DNA of 64,000 bases. It comes from an uncultured Clostridia bacterium. GTDB taxonomy: Bacteria > Bacillota > Clostridia > TANB77 > CAG-508. The stretch spans positions 6,114-70,113 of the forward strand of contig CANQAH010000001.1 of the NCBI GenBank assembly GCA_947588885.1. Reading direction: 5' to 3'. The notes below the pieces were generated by a model. It ran no database searches. It was not told where the DNA came from and was given only the letters and a program-made list of their open reading frames with translations. Positions 1 through 11,040 of the stretch are shown in pieces; the first letter of the stretch is position 1, and each line of letters begins with the position of its first letter. The position numbers were made by a program, and so were the translations under genes.

Positions 1-470
1 AAAAGAAGCAAGTATAGCAAGGCAAACGAATGAGTAAATCGAAAGAATACAAGAGTACAATCAAAAATAAATAAAAATTAGCCGTTCGAAAAAGAAACGA
101 GTATTACTAGGCAAAATTTAATTTTGAATACCGGAGTGTACGTGGTACATGAGGATTTTTGAAAAATAAAATATAATGAAATTTATCAAAAGCAAGTATT
201 GCTAGGCAAACGAATGAGTAAACCGAAAGAATACAAAAGTACAATCAAAAATAAATAAAAATTAGCCGTTCGAAAAAGAAACGAGTATTACTAGGCAAAA
301 TTTAATTTTAAACACCGAAGTGTACATGGTACATGAGGATTTTTGAAAAATAAAAAAATAATGAAATTTATCAAAAGCAAGTATTGCTAGGCAAACGAAT
401 GAGTAAACCGGAGGCGTACGAGGGTACGTTGAGGATTTACGAATGAAGTTTAACGACGCAAGACGCAGCT
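1..470 (-). repeat. Family A long-hairpin tandem repeat array. About 2.5 units of ~184 bp, each with two hairpin modules, in reverse-complement orientation relative to the arrays at 23.9 and 45.7 kb. Runs off the left edge.
   Basis: The unit starting aaaagcaagtattgctaggcaaacgaatgagtaaacc recurs at ~3, ~189 and ~373. The core accggagtgtac..gtacatgagga is the reverse complement of the cctca..gtac..ccggt core seen at 23.9 and 45.7 kb. Confidence 0.85.
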
Positions 471-495
471 TTTCATAAATTTAAAAGGAGGGAAA

Positions 496-2085
496 ATGAA
501 GTATATATTTATAACCGGCGGCGTCGTATCCGGCCTAGGTAAAGGCATAACAGCTGCATCACTAGGAAGACTACTTAAAAACAGAGGGCACAAAGTAACA
601 ATACAAAAATTTGATCCTTATATAAATGTAGATCCAGGAACTATGAACCCTTGTGAACATGGAGAAGTATTTGTTACAAATGATGGAGCAGAAACTGATT
701 TAGATTTAGGACATTATGAAAGATTTATAGATGAAAATTTGACTAAAAATTCAAGTATATCTATGGGACAAATTTATTCAAGTGTAATTGAAAAAGAAAG
801 AAAAGGAACATATCTAGGAAAAACTATACAAGTAATTCCTCATATAACTAATGAAATAAAAGAAAGAATATATTCTTTTGAAAAAACTGATACAGATATT
901 GTTATAACAGAACTTGGTGGAACTGTTGGAGATATGGAAGGACTAGCTTTAATTGAAGCAATAAGACAAGTTGGACTTGAGAAAGATATTGATGATGTTT
1001 GCTATATTCATGTAACGCTACTTCCATACATTTCTGGTTCAAAAGAAGTAAAATCAAAACCTACACAGCACTCAGTTAAAGAACTACAATCATTTGGAAT
1101 AAAACCAGACATACTAGTTGCTAGAGCAGATGATAATATACCTTTAGAAATGAAAAAGAAAATAGCTTTATTTTGCAATGTAAGACCAGAAAACGTAATA
1201 GAAAATTTAACAGCAAATACACTTTATGAAGTACCTTTATTACTAGAAGAAAATGGATTAGCAAATGCAGTTTGCAAAAAAATAAAACTAGAAGACAAGC
1301 CTGATAATAAAAATTGGATTAAATTAAATAAAGAAATTAAAAGTTGCAAGGGAGAAGTAAAAATAGCTCTAGTAGGAAAATATGTTAAACTTGAAGACTC
1401 TTACTTATCAGTTGTAGAAAGCCTTAAACATGGAGGATTTGCTAATTCAGTAAATGTAAAAATTGGATTTATAGATTCTGAAAAAATAACTGAAGAGAAT
1501 GTACACCAAATGTTAAAAGATTATCATGGAATTCTAATACCTGGAGGATTTGGAAATAGAGGAATAGAAGGTAAAATTATTGCAATAAAATATGCAAGAG
1601 AAAATAAAATACCATTTTTGGGAATTTGTTTAGGAATGCAAATGGCAGTTGTAGAGTTTGCAAGAAATGTACTTGGACTAAAAGATGCAGATTCAGCAGA
1701 ACTAAATGAAGAAACTGAAAATCCAGTAATACATATTATGGAACACCAAAAAAATATTACGAAAAAAGGTGGAACAATGAGACTTGGTGCATATCCATGC
1801 AAGATAAAAAAAGGAAGTTTAGCATACGAATTATATAATAAAGAAGAAATATCTGAGAGACATAGACACAGATATGAATTTAATAATGATTATAAAGAAG
1901 TATTAGAAGAAAAAGGTTTAATATGTTCAGGAACTTCACCTGATGGAAGCCTAGTAGAAATAGTTGAATATAAAAATCATCCATTTTTTATAGCTGGACA
2001 ATTTCATCCAGAATTTCAATCAAGACCAGATAAACCAGCACCACTATTTGTGGGACTAATAAAAGCTGCAAAGAAATTAGCATAA
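496..2085 (+). CDS. pyrG: CTP synthase
   Basis: 529 aa. N-terminal [18 protein letters not shown] synthetase motif and C-terminal GATase with GICLGMQ and HRHRYE. AGGAGGG RBS upstream. Confidence 0.97.
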   Translation: MKYIFITGGVVSGLGKGITAASLGRLLKNRGHKVTIQKFDPYINVDPGTMNPCEHGEVFVTNDGAETDLDLGHYERFIDENLTKNSSISMGQIYSSVIEKERKGTYLGKTIQVIPHITNEIKERIYSFEKTDTDIVITELGGTVGDMEGLALIEAIRQVGLEKDIDDVCYIHVTLLPYISGSKEVKSKPTQHSVKELQSFGIKPDILVARADDNIPLEMKKKIALFCNVRPENVIENLTANTLYEVPLLLEENGLANAVCKKIKLEDKPDNKNWIKLNKEIKSCKGEVKIALVGKYVKLEDSYLSVVESLKHGGFANSVNVKIGFIDSEKITEENVHQMLKDYHGILIPGGFGNRGIEGKIIAIKYARENKIPFLGICLGMQMAVVEFARNVLGLKDADSAELNEETENPVIHIMEHQKNITKKGGTMRLGAYPCKIKKGSLAYELYNKEEISERHRHRYEFNNDYKEVLEEKGLICSGTSPDGSLVEIVEYKNHPFFIAGQFHPEFQSRPDKPAPLFVGLIKAAKKLA

Positions 2086-2103
2086 TAGAATTGGGGGAGA
2101 AAA

Positions 2104-3588
2104 ATGAAAAAAACAGATATTTTTATTACAGCTGTAGTCATTATAATATTATTACCGATATTTATTGCTGCATTTTACAATCATCCAAGTGCAGATGATT
2201 TTAGTTATTCTGTATTTACCAAAAGAGCAATAGAGAATGGAGGAAATATTATTGATATTGTAAAAGCTGCTTGGAGAAATAACATCGGATATTATAATTC
2301 TTGGCAAGGACTCTATGTTTCTGGATTTATACTTGCATTACAACCAGCAATATTCGGAGAACATTTTTATGCATTAACTACATTTATTGTTACAGGATGT
2401 ATATTTATAGGAATATTAATTCTAGCTAAAACTATCTATAAATATGTACTTAAAAGTGAAAGCAAAAGATATTGGATTGTATCTTTAGTAACATTATTTT
2501 TTGTATTAGAAAAAATGCCGTCACCTGCTGAGGGTCTATATTGGTTTAATGGAAGCATGAATTATTTATTTTTCTTAATGATATTATTTATACAAATTGC
2601 AGAATTAATAAAATATTGTTCAGAACATAAAATTAGGAATCTACTTTCAGCAACAGTATTAGCGTTTTTATTGTCTGGAGGAAATCATGTTACAGCATTT
2701 GCAGGAATACTCGTAAGCATAATCTGTTTTATATTTACAATTTATAAAAAACAAGATAGGTTAAGTTTTATTCCAATTATTACTGGAACAATAGGATTTA
2801 TTCTTAACCTAACAGCGCCAGGAACAGCAGTAAGAGCAGCATCTATTAATTATAAAGGAAATGCAATAGTAACAATAACACATACAGCCATGGCAGTATT
2901 AGATAGAGTTGATACATGGTTTACTTTTTCAACATTACTATTTTTAGGAATAATTTGTATATTAATGTATGAAGAAATAAAAAAGAAAAATATATCGCTA
3001 AAAATATCTGCAATTTTAAGCATTCTTTCTTATATTGTTTTAGCTGGGATGATGTGTGTACCATATCAAGCAGCAGGCAATTATGGTGCTGGAAGATTAG
3101 AAAATACATTATTCATTACTTTTATAGTAATGATAACAGTAATTACTGTTAGTTTATTTTCTAATTTAATTAAATATATTAAAATGCCAAAAAATCCTGA
3201 AAAAATATACATATATGCCTTCGGGATTCTGTTCATTACACTTGCAGGAATAAATTACCCTACATCTAAAGAAGTAAATTATACAACATCAGTTAAATTA
3301 GTGAAAGAATTTAAAAACGGTATAATAACTGGTTATAATGATGAAATGAATGAAAGAATAAAACTATATTTGGATGAAGAAAATAAAAATGTAGAAGTAA
3401 AACCATTAGTTAATAGATCAGAAGTAATAAGTTCGGGAGAAATTAGTTCTGATCCAACATATTGGTGCAATCAAGCAATATCAAATTATTATAAAAAGGA
3501 AACTGTAAGCTTAGAAAAAGAAAAGGAAGAAGACAAGATTGAAGAAATTGAGGAGTTGGATGAAAATAAACAAGAATCTGAAAAATAA
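2104..3588 (+). CDS. Polytopic membrane protein of unknown function with an acidic C-terminal tail (possibly GT-C-type glycosyltransferase-like; unverified)
   Basis: 494 aa with many hydrophobic segments. GGGGAG RBS 19 nt after the pyrG stop. No motif I can name with certainty. Confidence 0.5.
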   Translation: MKKTDIFITAVVIIILLPIFIAAFYNHPSADDFSYSVFTKRAIENGGNIIDIVKAAWRNNIGYYNSWQGLYVSGFILALQPAIFGEHFYALTTFIVTGCIFIGILILAKTIYKYVLKSESKRYWIVSLVTLFFVLEKMPSPAEGLYWFNGSMNYLFFLMILFIQIAELIKYCSEHKIRNLLSATVLAFLLSGGNHVTAFAGILVSIICFIFTIYKKQDRLSFIPIITGTIGFILNLTAPGTAVRAASINYKGNAIVTITHTAMAVLDRVDTWFTFSTLLFLGIICILMYEEIKKKNISLKISAILSILSYIVLAGMMCVPYQAAGNYGAGRLENTLFITFIVMITVITVSLFSNLIKYIKMPKNPEKIYIYAFGILFITLAGINYPTSKEVNYTTSVKLVKEFKNGIITGYNDEMNERIKLYLDEENKNVEVKPLVNRSEVISSGEISSDPTYWCNQAISNYYKKETVSLEKEKEEDKIEEIEELDENKQESEK

Positions 3589-3617
3589 ATAATAAGTAAA
3601 AGTAGTAATTAAGTAAA

Positions 3618-3685
3618 AAAGCTTCGCCACAAATCCACACAAAATTTCTAAATAAATTTTGGCGAGCGAATTTCCTATTGATAAA
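3618..3685 (+). repeat. Family B repeat, partial (M2 hairpin module plus a degenerate M1 half)
   Basis: gcttcgccacaaatccacacaaaatttctaaataaattttggcg matches the M2 module of the copies at 32090 and 49850. Confidence 0.7.
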
Positions 3686-3747
3686 TAAAGCCAAAAGTTG
3701 TATAATCCAAAAGTATTAAAAAACTTTTTTGCGAAAAGAGGAATATT

Positions 3748-5511
3748 ATGAGAGAAAATGAATACAGAACGCATAATTGCAATGAATTAAGACTATCAGA
3801 TGTTGGAAAAGAAATTCGTTTAGCTGGATGGGTACAAAAAATTAGAAATCTTGGAAAAATGACATTTATAGATTTAAGAGATGAATTTGGAATTACACAA
3901 ATTATAATTTCAGATGATGAAAAACTAAAGGACCAAATGGCAGATGTTACTACTGAATGCACTATTTCTGTAAGTGGAAAAGTTGCGGAAAGATCAAATA
4001 AAAATTTGGATATAGCAACAGGTGAAATAGAAATTATTGCTGAAGAAATTCGTGTTTTAGGAAAATGCAAAAATGTACTTCCATTTGAAATAAATCAAAA
4101 GGATCCACAAGAAGTTAGAGAAGATCTTAGATTAGAATATAGATTCCTTGATTTAAGAAATGACAAGATTCATAAAAATATTTTAGACCGTTCTAGAATA
4201 ATTAAAACAATGAGAGATGAAATGGATAGACTTGGATTTACAGAAATTCAAACACCAATCTTAGCAAATTCATCACCTGAAGGAGCAAGAGATTTCTTAG
4301 TACCTAGTAGATTACATCCAGGAGAATTTTATGCACTTCCACAAGCACCACAACAATTTAAACAATTATTGATGGTTTCTGGATTTAATAAATATTATCA
4401 AATTGCACCATGCTTTAGAGATGAAGATCCTAGAGCTGATAGATCACCAGGAGAATTTTATCAACTAGATTTAGAAATGAGTTTTGCAACACAAGAAGAT
4501 GTTTTTGCTGTTTTAGAAGAAGTTATACCAAATGTATTCAAGAAAAATAGTGATTGGAAAATTACTGAAGCACCATTTGTTAGAATTCCATATAAAGAGG
4601 CTATGGAAAAGTATGGAACAGATAAACCAGATTTAAGAAATCCATTATATATAGTTGATGTTACAGAAGTATTTAAAAATACTGAATTTAATGCATTTAA
4701 AGGAAAAACTGTAAAAGCAATAGTAACACATAATATGGAAGAAAAGCCTAGAAAATTTTTCGATCAAATGTCTGAATATGCTGTTTCAGAATTAGATGCA
4801 AAAGGACTAGCTTGGGTTAAAATAGATCAAAATAATGAATTAACAGGTGGAATATCAAAATTCATAACAGAAGAAAATAGAAAAGAACTAGATAAAAAAT
4901 TAGAAATTTCAAAAAATGATGCAGTATTTTTTGTTGCAGATGAATTTGAAAAAGCTCAGAAAATATCTGGTGGAGTAAGAGATGAATTAGGAAGAAGACT
5001 AGAATTAATAGAAAAAGAAATTTACAAATTCTGTTGGATTGTAGATTTCCCAATGTATGAATTATCAGATGAAGGAACAATCGACTTTAATCATAATCCA
5101 TTCTCAATGCCACAAGGTGGAATGGAAGCACTTGAAACAAAAGATCCATTAGATATTTATGCATATCAATATGATTTAGTATGTAATGGATACGAAATTT
5201 GTTCAGGAGCAGTTAGGAACCATGATCAAGAAATAATGATAAAAGCATTTGAAATAGCAGGATATACAGAAGAAGATGTTAAAGGAAGATTTGGAGCTTT
5301 ATATAATGCATTCAGTTATGGTACACCACCACATGCAGGAGCTGCACCTGGAATAGATAGAATTATTATGTTACTTCAAAAAGAAGATAATATTAGAGAA
5401 GTAATAGCATTTCCAAAAAATAAAAAAGCAAGAGACGTTTTGATGAGAGCACCTTCAAAAGTTTCAGAACAACAATTAAAAGATGTTCACATTAAACTAG
5501 ATGTAAAATAA
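3748..5511 (+). CDS. aspS: Aspartate--tRNA ligase, bacterial type, paralog 1 (no T-box leader)
   Basis: 587 aa with class II motifs FRDEDPRADRSPGEFYQLD, QYDLVCNGYEICSGAVRNH and GAAPGIDR. RBS AAGAGGA. Confidence 0.95.
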   Translation: MRENEYRTHNCNELRLSDVGKEIRLAGWVQKIRNLGKMTFIDLRDEFGITQIIISDDEKLKDQMADVTTECTISVSGKVAERSNKNLDIATGEIEIIAEEIRVLGKCKNVLPFEINQKDPQEVREDLRLEYRFLDLRNDKIHKNILDRSRIIKTMRDEMDRLGFTEIQTPILANSSPEGARDFLVPSRLHPGEFYALPQAPQQFKQLLMVSGFNKYYQIAPCFRDEDPRADRSPGEFYQLDLEMSFATQEDVFAVLEEVIPNVFKKNSDWKITEAPFVRIPYKEAMEKYGTDKPDLRNPLYIVDVTEVFKNTEFNAFKGKTVKAIVTHNMEEKPRKFFDQMSEYAVSELDAKGLAWVKIDQNNELTGGISKFITEENRKELDKKLEISKNDAVFFVADEFEKAQKISGGVRDELGRRLELIEKEIYKFCWIVDFPMYELSDEGTIDFNHNPFSMPQGGMEALETKDPLDIYAYQYDLVCNGYEICSGAVRNHDQEIMIKAFEIAGYTEEDVKGRFGALYNAFSYGTPPHAGAAPGIDRIIMLLQKEDNIREVIAFPKNKKARDVLMRAPSKVSEQQLKDVHIKLDVK

Positions 5512-5594
5512 TTATAATATTAGTTTTATTGACATTAAAATATAAAAAATATATACTATAACCGAATTTATATTTAAAAGGAGTTTTAATATTA

Positions 5595-6929
5595 ATGAAA
5601 AAAACAAAAATAATATCAATTATTTTTATAACATTAATGATTCTTTTTATAAATTGTGTATCATATGCAAAGTCTGCAAAAGTTACAACAGAAACATTGC
5701 GTATACGAGAGAAGCCAAGCACGGATTCTAAAATAGTGGATATGGCAAATCAAAATGATGATATAGAGGTTATCGGAGAAGAAGGAAGTTGGTACAAAGT
5801 ATCATATAATGGAAAAGAAGGATATGCATCAAAAGAATATATAGATGTAAAAGAAAGTGTAACTTCAAATACTACAGATAACACAAATACACAAGAAAAC
5901 AACATGGGAGATACTGAAAATACAAGTTCAGAGGAAAACACAATAGAACCTGAATCAGAAGAAACGCAAGAACTAATAAAGGATGTTGAAGAAGAATCTA
6001 CTACAAATGAAAAAATTGAAGGTCAATTAGGAAATAAAATTAATTCTAAAACATATGGATTTTTAATACCAAATTTATCTTCAACGAAACTAATAGAAAT
6101 AGAAAAAGATAAGCAAGTAGAAATAATAGAAACAATTTCTAATTGGTCAAAAGTAAAAGTAGAAAATAAAGAAGTATGGATTGCTAATGAATTTTTATAT
6201 GAAGTAATAACAGAAGAATCTACTGAAATACCTGAAGAAACTGAACCAGAAGAAGAACTACCAGCTGAAGATGAAGAAAAAGAAACTACAATAAATCAAG
6301 AAGGATATATATCAGCAAATGCCAGCGTTAATTTAAGAGAAGGGCCAAGCACTAATACGAAAAGTATAGATCAAATTGAAAAGAATACAGCTGTGACAGT
6401 AATATCAGAAATTGATGAATGGTATAAAATATCATACAATGGTAAAGAAGGATATGTATCAAAATCATTAATTACTTTAGGAAAAGCACCACAACCAACT
6501 TCTTCAAGATCTGCTGAAGAATCAAGAAATGACTTAAATGCAATGTCAAAGGGAACATCAATAGTAGAAACAGCAAGTTTATATTTAGGTGGAAAATATA
6601 AATCAGGAGGTTCGTCACCAACAACAGGTTTTGACTGTTCAGGATTTACACAATATATATATTCAATACATGGAATAACAATTCCAAGATCAGCGACGGC
6701 ACAATATAATGGTGGAACAAAAGTAAATAAATCAGATATGCAAATAGGTGATTTAGTATTCTTTTCTGATAATGCAGGAGGAAAATCAATATCACATGTT
6801 GGAATTTATATAGGAAATGGACAATTCATACATGCTGCAAATTCTAAAAGAGGAATTGTAACAAATTCACTAGATACTAATGATAATTATGGATACAATG
6901 AAAAATTCATAGGAGCAGTGAGATATTAA
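5595..6929 (+). CDS. Secreted cell-wall hydrolase: repeated SH3b-type domains, acidic linkers and a C-terminal NlpC/P60 (C40) endopeptidase
   Basis: Signal peptide. WYKVSYNGKEGYxSKEYI is repeated. The C-terminus has FDCSGFTQYIY (catalytic Cys) and ISHVGIYIGNGQFIHA (His). Confidence 0.85.
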   Translation: MKKTKIISIIFITLMILFINCVSYAKSAKVTTETLRIREKPSTDSKIVDMANQNDDIEVIGEEGSWYKVSYNGKEGYASKEYIDVKESVTSNTTDNTNTQENNMGDTENTSSEENTIEPESEETQELIKDVEEESTTNEKIEGQLGNKINSKTYGFLIPNLSSTKLIEIEKDKQVEIIETISNWSKVKVENKEVWIANEFLYEVITEESTEIPEETEPEEELPAEDEEKETTINQEGYISANASVNLREGPSTNTKSIDQIEKNTAVTVISEIDEWYKISYNGKEGYVSKSLITLGKAPQPTSSRSAEESRNDLNAMSKGTSIVETASLYLGGKYKSGGSSPTTGFDCSGFTQYIYSIHGITIPRSATAQYNGGTKVNKSDMQIGDLVFFSDNAGGKSISHVGIYIGNGQFIHAANSKRGIVTNSLDTNDNYGYNEKFIGAVRY

Positions 6930-6943
6930 TACAATTTTAAGAG

Positions 6944-9238
6944 GTGACAATAATAAATAAAATAATAATTGCCAATATGGGTTATATTATTGGTATAATA
7001 ATAGGGCTATACTTTAAAAAAGGTATAGCCGTTTTTTTATTTCTAATAATTCTATGTTATAAAATTTTAACAAAATTACATAAAACTAGAAGATACATAA
7101 AAATATTAATTCCTAAATTCACATTAATAATATTTTTAATTTCAATTTTTATATCATGTCAAATTACAATTTCATATGAAAATAAATTTAAAGAAAAACC
7201 AGAAAATATGACGCAATTAAATATTACATGTGTTGTAAAAAGTCAAGTAAAAGTAAAGGAACACTCAACTGAATTTATTGTAGAAGTAATTGATAAAAAA
7301 GATAAACTAAACAAAATGAAACTACTAGTAGATGATAATAATAAAATGCAAATACAATATGGAGATATACTAAAAATTTCAGGAAAATTTCAAGAAATAT
7401 CGAGCTACAAGAATCCAGGAGTATTTAATTATCAACAATCATTAAAAAAACAAAAAATAATTGGAAATATAAAAATACAAAAGATTGAGAAAATTGGTGA
7501 AAGCAATAATGTTTTAAAAATATTTTCTGATATAAATAAGAGAATAAAAAATAAAATAGAAAATAATTTTTCAGAAAATACATCATCTATTTTGAAAGCT
7601 ATTGTAATAGGTGATAAAGAAAATATTAATGAAGAAATACTGACAAACATACAAGATAATGGACTTTCACATATAATCGCAATATCTGGAATGCACATAA
7701 GTTGTATAGTACTAATAGTCAATGCAATTCTAAATAAATTTATAATAGATAATAGAAAAAAGAAAATAATTTTAATAATTTCATTAGTTATATTTATTTT
7801 CATAATAGGATTTATTGCATCAGCCGTTCGAGCTACAATAATGACAATTTTAATGATTCTATCAAAATTATTATTTAGAAAAAATAAATTTGAAATAGAT
7901 ATTTCAATAGCGAGTCTAGTTATATTAATTTATAATCCATATTATTTAATTGATGCTGGATTTTTATTATCATTTGGAGCAACAATTGGAATTATGCTAA
8001 TAATACCAAAACTAAGTAAAAATAACTTTAAAAATAAAGTAATTAAATATTGTATACAAACATTCCTTATAAGTGTATCAGTAAACATTTTTATTTTACC
8101 AATAACTATCATATTTTTTAAAAGAATTTCAATAACAGGAATAATAACAAGCGTATTAATTTCACCATTTGTTTTCATCATTGAATTTTTAGGAATAATA
8201 ACTATTTTTTTACCAACTAAATTTATATATTTAATAAAACCATTAGTAGAAGTAATAGTTACAACCTTCATAAAGATAACTCAAATAAATATTGGATCAT
8301 TCTACTTAAAAGTACCAACAATTTTGGAAATAATAGTGTATTATCTAATATTTATATGTATTTTAAATAAAAAGATAAAAAAATATTTTAAAATACCAAT
8401 TGCAACTGTAATTATAGCTATTTTAATTTCAAAAATAGACATTAAAAATGAGTTAAAAATATATTTTGTAGATGTAGAACAGGGAGATTGCACTTTAATC
8501 CAAACAGAAAATAATAAAACAATATTAATAGATGGAGGAGGAAACACTAATTCTGACATTGGAAAAAATGTACTAATTCCATATTTATTAAATAAAAAAA
8601 TAAATTATATAGATTATGTGATAATTTCACATTTTGATACAGATCATGTAGGAGGAATACTAACATTACTTGAAACATTCAAAACATCAAAAGTAATAAT
8701 AGGTAAACAATATGAAAACTCAGAAAATTTAGAAAATTTTATAAATATAATTAATAAGAAGAAAATTGAAACAATAATAGTAAAAAAAGGGGATAGAATA
8801 ACATTAGATGATGCTACATATTTAGATATATTATGGCCAGATGAAAAAAATATAATTACATCTAATTTAATGAATAACGAATCTTTAATATGTAAATTAA
8901 ATTATAATAACTTTTCTATGCTTTTTTCAGGAGATATTGAAAAAGAAGTTGAAGAAAAAATTATAAAAGACAAAAATGCTGTTCTTAAATCTGACATACT
9001 AAAAGTTGCTCATCATGGCTCAAAAACTTCATCAACACAAGAATTTATAAAAAAAGTTCAACCAAAAATTTCATTAATAGGAGTAGGACAAAATAATAAG
9101 TTTGGACATCCATCATATAGTACATTAGAAAATTTAAAAAAGATTGGAAGCATAATTTATAGAACAGATATTAATGGAGAAATAACAATTATGATTAATA
9201 AAAGTGGAAAAATCAAAATAAAAAAATATATAAACTGA
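6944..9238 (+). CDS. comEC: DNA internalization competence protein ComEC/Rec2 with a C-terminal metallo-beta-lactamase domain
   Basis: 764 aa polytopic. GLSHIIAISGMHI competence motif and the MBL motif ISHFDTDHVGG. The start is uncertain: GTG at 6944, or ATG at 6977. Confidence 0.85.
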   Translation: MTIINKIIIANMGYIIGIIIGLYFKKGIAVFLFLIILCYKILTKLHKTRRYIKILIPKFTLIIFLISIFISCQITISYENKFKEKPENMTQLNITCVVKSQVKVKEHSTEFIVEVIDKKDKLNKMKLLVDDNNKMQIQYGDILKISGKFQEISSYKNPGVFNYQQSLKKQKIIGNIKIQKIEKIGESNNVLKIFSDINKRIKNKIENNFSENTSSILKAIVIGDKENINEEILTNIQDNGLSHIIAISGMHISCIVLIVNAILNKFIIDNRKKKIILIISLVIFIFIIGFIASAVRATIMTILMILSKLLFRKNKFEIDISIASLVILIYNPYYLIDAGFLLSFGATIGIMLIIPKLSKNNFKNKVIKYCIQTFLISVSVNIFILPITIIFFKRISITGIITSVLISPFVFIIEFLGIITIFLPTKFIYLIKPLVEVIVTTFIKITQINIGSFYLKVPTILEIIVYYLIFICILNKKIKKYFKIPIATVIIAILISKIDIKNELKIYFVDVEQGDCTLIQTENNKTILIDGGGNTNSDIGKNVLIPYLLNKKINYIDYVIISHFDTDHVGGILTLLETFKTSKVIIGKQYENSENLENFINIINKKKIETIIVKKGDRITLDDATYLDILWPDEKNIITSNLMNNESLICKLNYNNFSMLFSGDIEKEVEEKIIKDKNAVLKSDILKVAHHGSKTSSTQEFIKKVQPKISLIGVGQNNKFGHPSYSTLENLKKIGSIIYRTDINGEITIMINKSGKIKIKKYIN

Positions 9239-9434
9239 AATTATCTTAAATATTAATTTTTATAATTAATTATGTAAAAAATGTATAAACTTGAATAAAA
9301 TGCCTTTTCATGCTACAATAAAAAAGAATGGAATAATACTGCAAAAAAATATTACAACAACTTGAATAAATATCATTTATAGTAGTTGATATAATTTTAA
9401 TAAGTTATTTAATAATTTAGGGAGGGAAAAAATA

Positions 9435-10043
9435 ATGGAAAAATTAATAAAATTTGGAATTGTAATAAGTATTGTTTTATGTGTAATTTTTTTAAATGTT
9501 AGCACATATGCATCTACTAATAACACAGATAGTCCTTCGGTTAAATCAGAAACAATTGTTAATGATATAGGAAATGATCAAATACAAGTGACACTAAAAT
9601 TAAGTGATTTTGAAAATATGGGAGAAGGTATTAATGCTTTTACAGGCTTTTTAAAATTTAATACAGATGAATTAGAATTTATAGAGTTTAGAAATGTTGA
9701 AAATTGGAATATTCCTATTTTTAAAATTTCGGAAAATGAGATAAAAATTGTATCTACTTCAAATAAATTTTTAAAAGAAGATGGTGGAATTTTTGAAGCA
9801 GTATTTAATAAAATAGAGGATAAAGATAAATATGATATAGAAATATCAAATTTAGAATTAGCCGCAAAAGTTAATGATAAGATAATAAAAGTACTTGCAA
9901 ATGATAAAACTACAGCAGAAACTACAGAAAAAACAGATAAAAATAATAATTTACTAAATATAATTACAGTATGTGGTGCAATTATTATTGTAGTAATAGT
10001 TATTATATTTGTAATCTTTAAAAGAAATAAGGGAGGAAAATAA
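9435..10043 (+). CDS. Cohesin-like domain protein with signal peptide and C-terminal TM anchor
   Basis: GINAFTGFLKFNTDELEFIEF and GGIFEAVFNKIED resemble the cohesin core strands (compare GIANCDFVFRYDPNVLEI). The C-terminus IITVCGAIIIVVIVIIFVIFKRNK is a TM anchor. Confidence 0.5.
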   Translation: MEKLIKFGIVISIVLCVIFLNVSTYASTNNTDSPSVKSETIVNDIGNDQIQVTLKLSDFENMGEGINAFTGFLKFNTDELEFIEFRNVENWNIPIFKISENEIKIVSTSNKFLKEDGGIFEAVFNKIEDKDKYDIEISNLELAAKVNDKIIKVLANDKTTAETTEKTDKNNNLLNIITVCGAIIIVVIVIIFVIFKRNKGGK

Positions 10044-10044
10044 G

Positions 10045-10893
10045 ATGAAGTCAATAAAGAAATACATAACTTTAATTATATTATTAAATTTTGTTTTAGT
10101 TACATGTAGCCATGCTGCATCTAATACTTTAGAACAAAATAGTAATATCACATATGAATCAAATAGAACTACTACAACTAGCAATATGACTGAAGAAACA
10201 TCAAATACTACATCCAGCAATGTGACTGAAGAAACTTCAAATACAACATCAAGCAACACTACTGTAGAAACAGATTTAGATGATTCATCTAGCAATACTA
10301 CAACAGTTTCAAATTCAAACAGTGATGATGTATCATCAATAGAAAAAGATGAAGTAGAAGATTACTTTGCAACAATTGCAGTTGAAAAGGAAAGTATTAC
10401 AGAACTTATGGAAAAAATAGAGGGAGATAAATTGCTAGATGCAATTTGTAATCAACAAACAGCTCTTGGAAATACATGGATGGAAGAAAATAGAGATACT
10501 TTTGCAAATATGAATATAGTATTATATGATGGAGATAATGGAGATGGTGCAGAAACAACAGCAGAAGTTAGTTGTGATTTAACAAATAATACTAATACAG
10601 TATTAAAAAGTTCAGACAATTATGTTCATACTGGAATATCAGCAGCATGTTTTATTACTAAAAATGATGGAAGTGAAATAGGAGTTAATTTAGGAGAAAT
10701 AAAAATTTCTTTGAAAGGAGATATTTCAGGCCAAGGAAATATCGGAGAAGCAGATTTATCTTTAATGCAACAAGAATTAGTAGATGAAGTTAGTTTAGAA
10801 AATGAATATTATAGAGCAGCTGATATGGATACAAGTTATGAAATTGATGTAATAGATTTATCAATGTTACAAGAATATATTGTTAATAACTAA
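10045..10893 (+). CDS. Secreted S/T/N-rich protein with a C-terminal dockerin-like duplicated EF-hand module
   Basis: C-terminus GDISGQGNIGEADLSLMQQELV ... ADMDTSYEIDVIDLSMLQEYIV looks like two 22-residue dockerin-type repeats. The start codon lies 1 nt after the stop of the cohesin-like gene. Confidence 0.55.
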   Translation: MKSIKKYITLIILLNFVLVTCSHAASNTLEQNSNITYESNRTTTTSNMTEETSNTTSSNVTEETSNTTSSNTTVETDLDDSSSNTTTVSNSNSDDVSSIEKDEVEDYFATIAVEKESITELMEKIEGDKLLDAICNQQTALGNTWMEENRDTFANMNIVLYDGDNGDGAETTAEVSCDLTNNTNTVLKSSDNYVHTGISAACFITKNDGSEIGVNLGEIKISLKGDISGQGNIGEADLSLMQQELVDEVSLENEYYRAADMDTSYEIDVIDLSMLQEYIVNN

Positions 10894-10912
10894 TATAAAA
10901 TAAAAGTAAAGT

Positions 10913-10942
10913 ACTCCTCTATAAAAATAGAGGAGTTTTTTT
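10913..10942 (+). terminator. Intrinsic terminator after the dockerin-like gene
   Basis: Hairpin actcctcta-taaaaa-tagaggagt followed by a T-run. Confidence 0.75.
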
Positions 10943-11026
10943 CTTATAGGAATTTCCTATAAGAAAAAAGCATTCCAAAGAAAAATTGTATAACAATTTA
11001 TCGCGGACGAACAAAGACGCGGACTT
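10941..11026 (+). repeat. Family B repeat, truncated (M1, M2 and the left arm of M3 only)
   Basis: ttcttataggaatttcctataagaa, then ccaaagaaaaattgtataacaattt, then gaacaaagacgcggac. The right arm gtccgc is missing. Confidence 0.75.
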
Positions 11027-11040
11027 AAAAATATCTTAAT

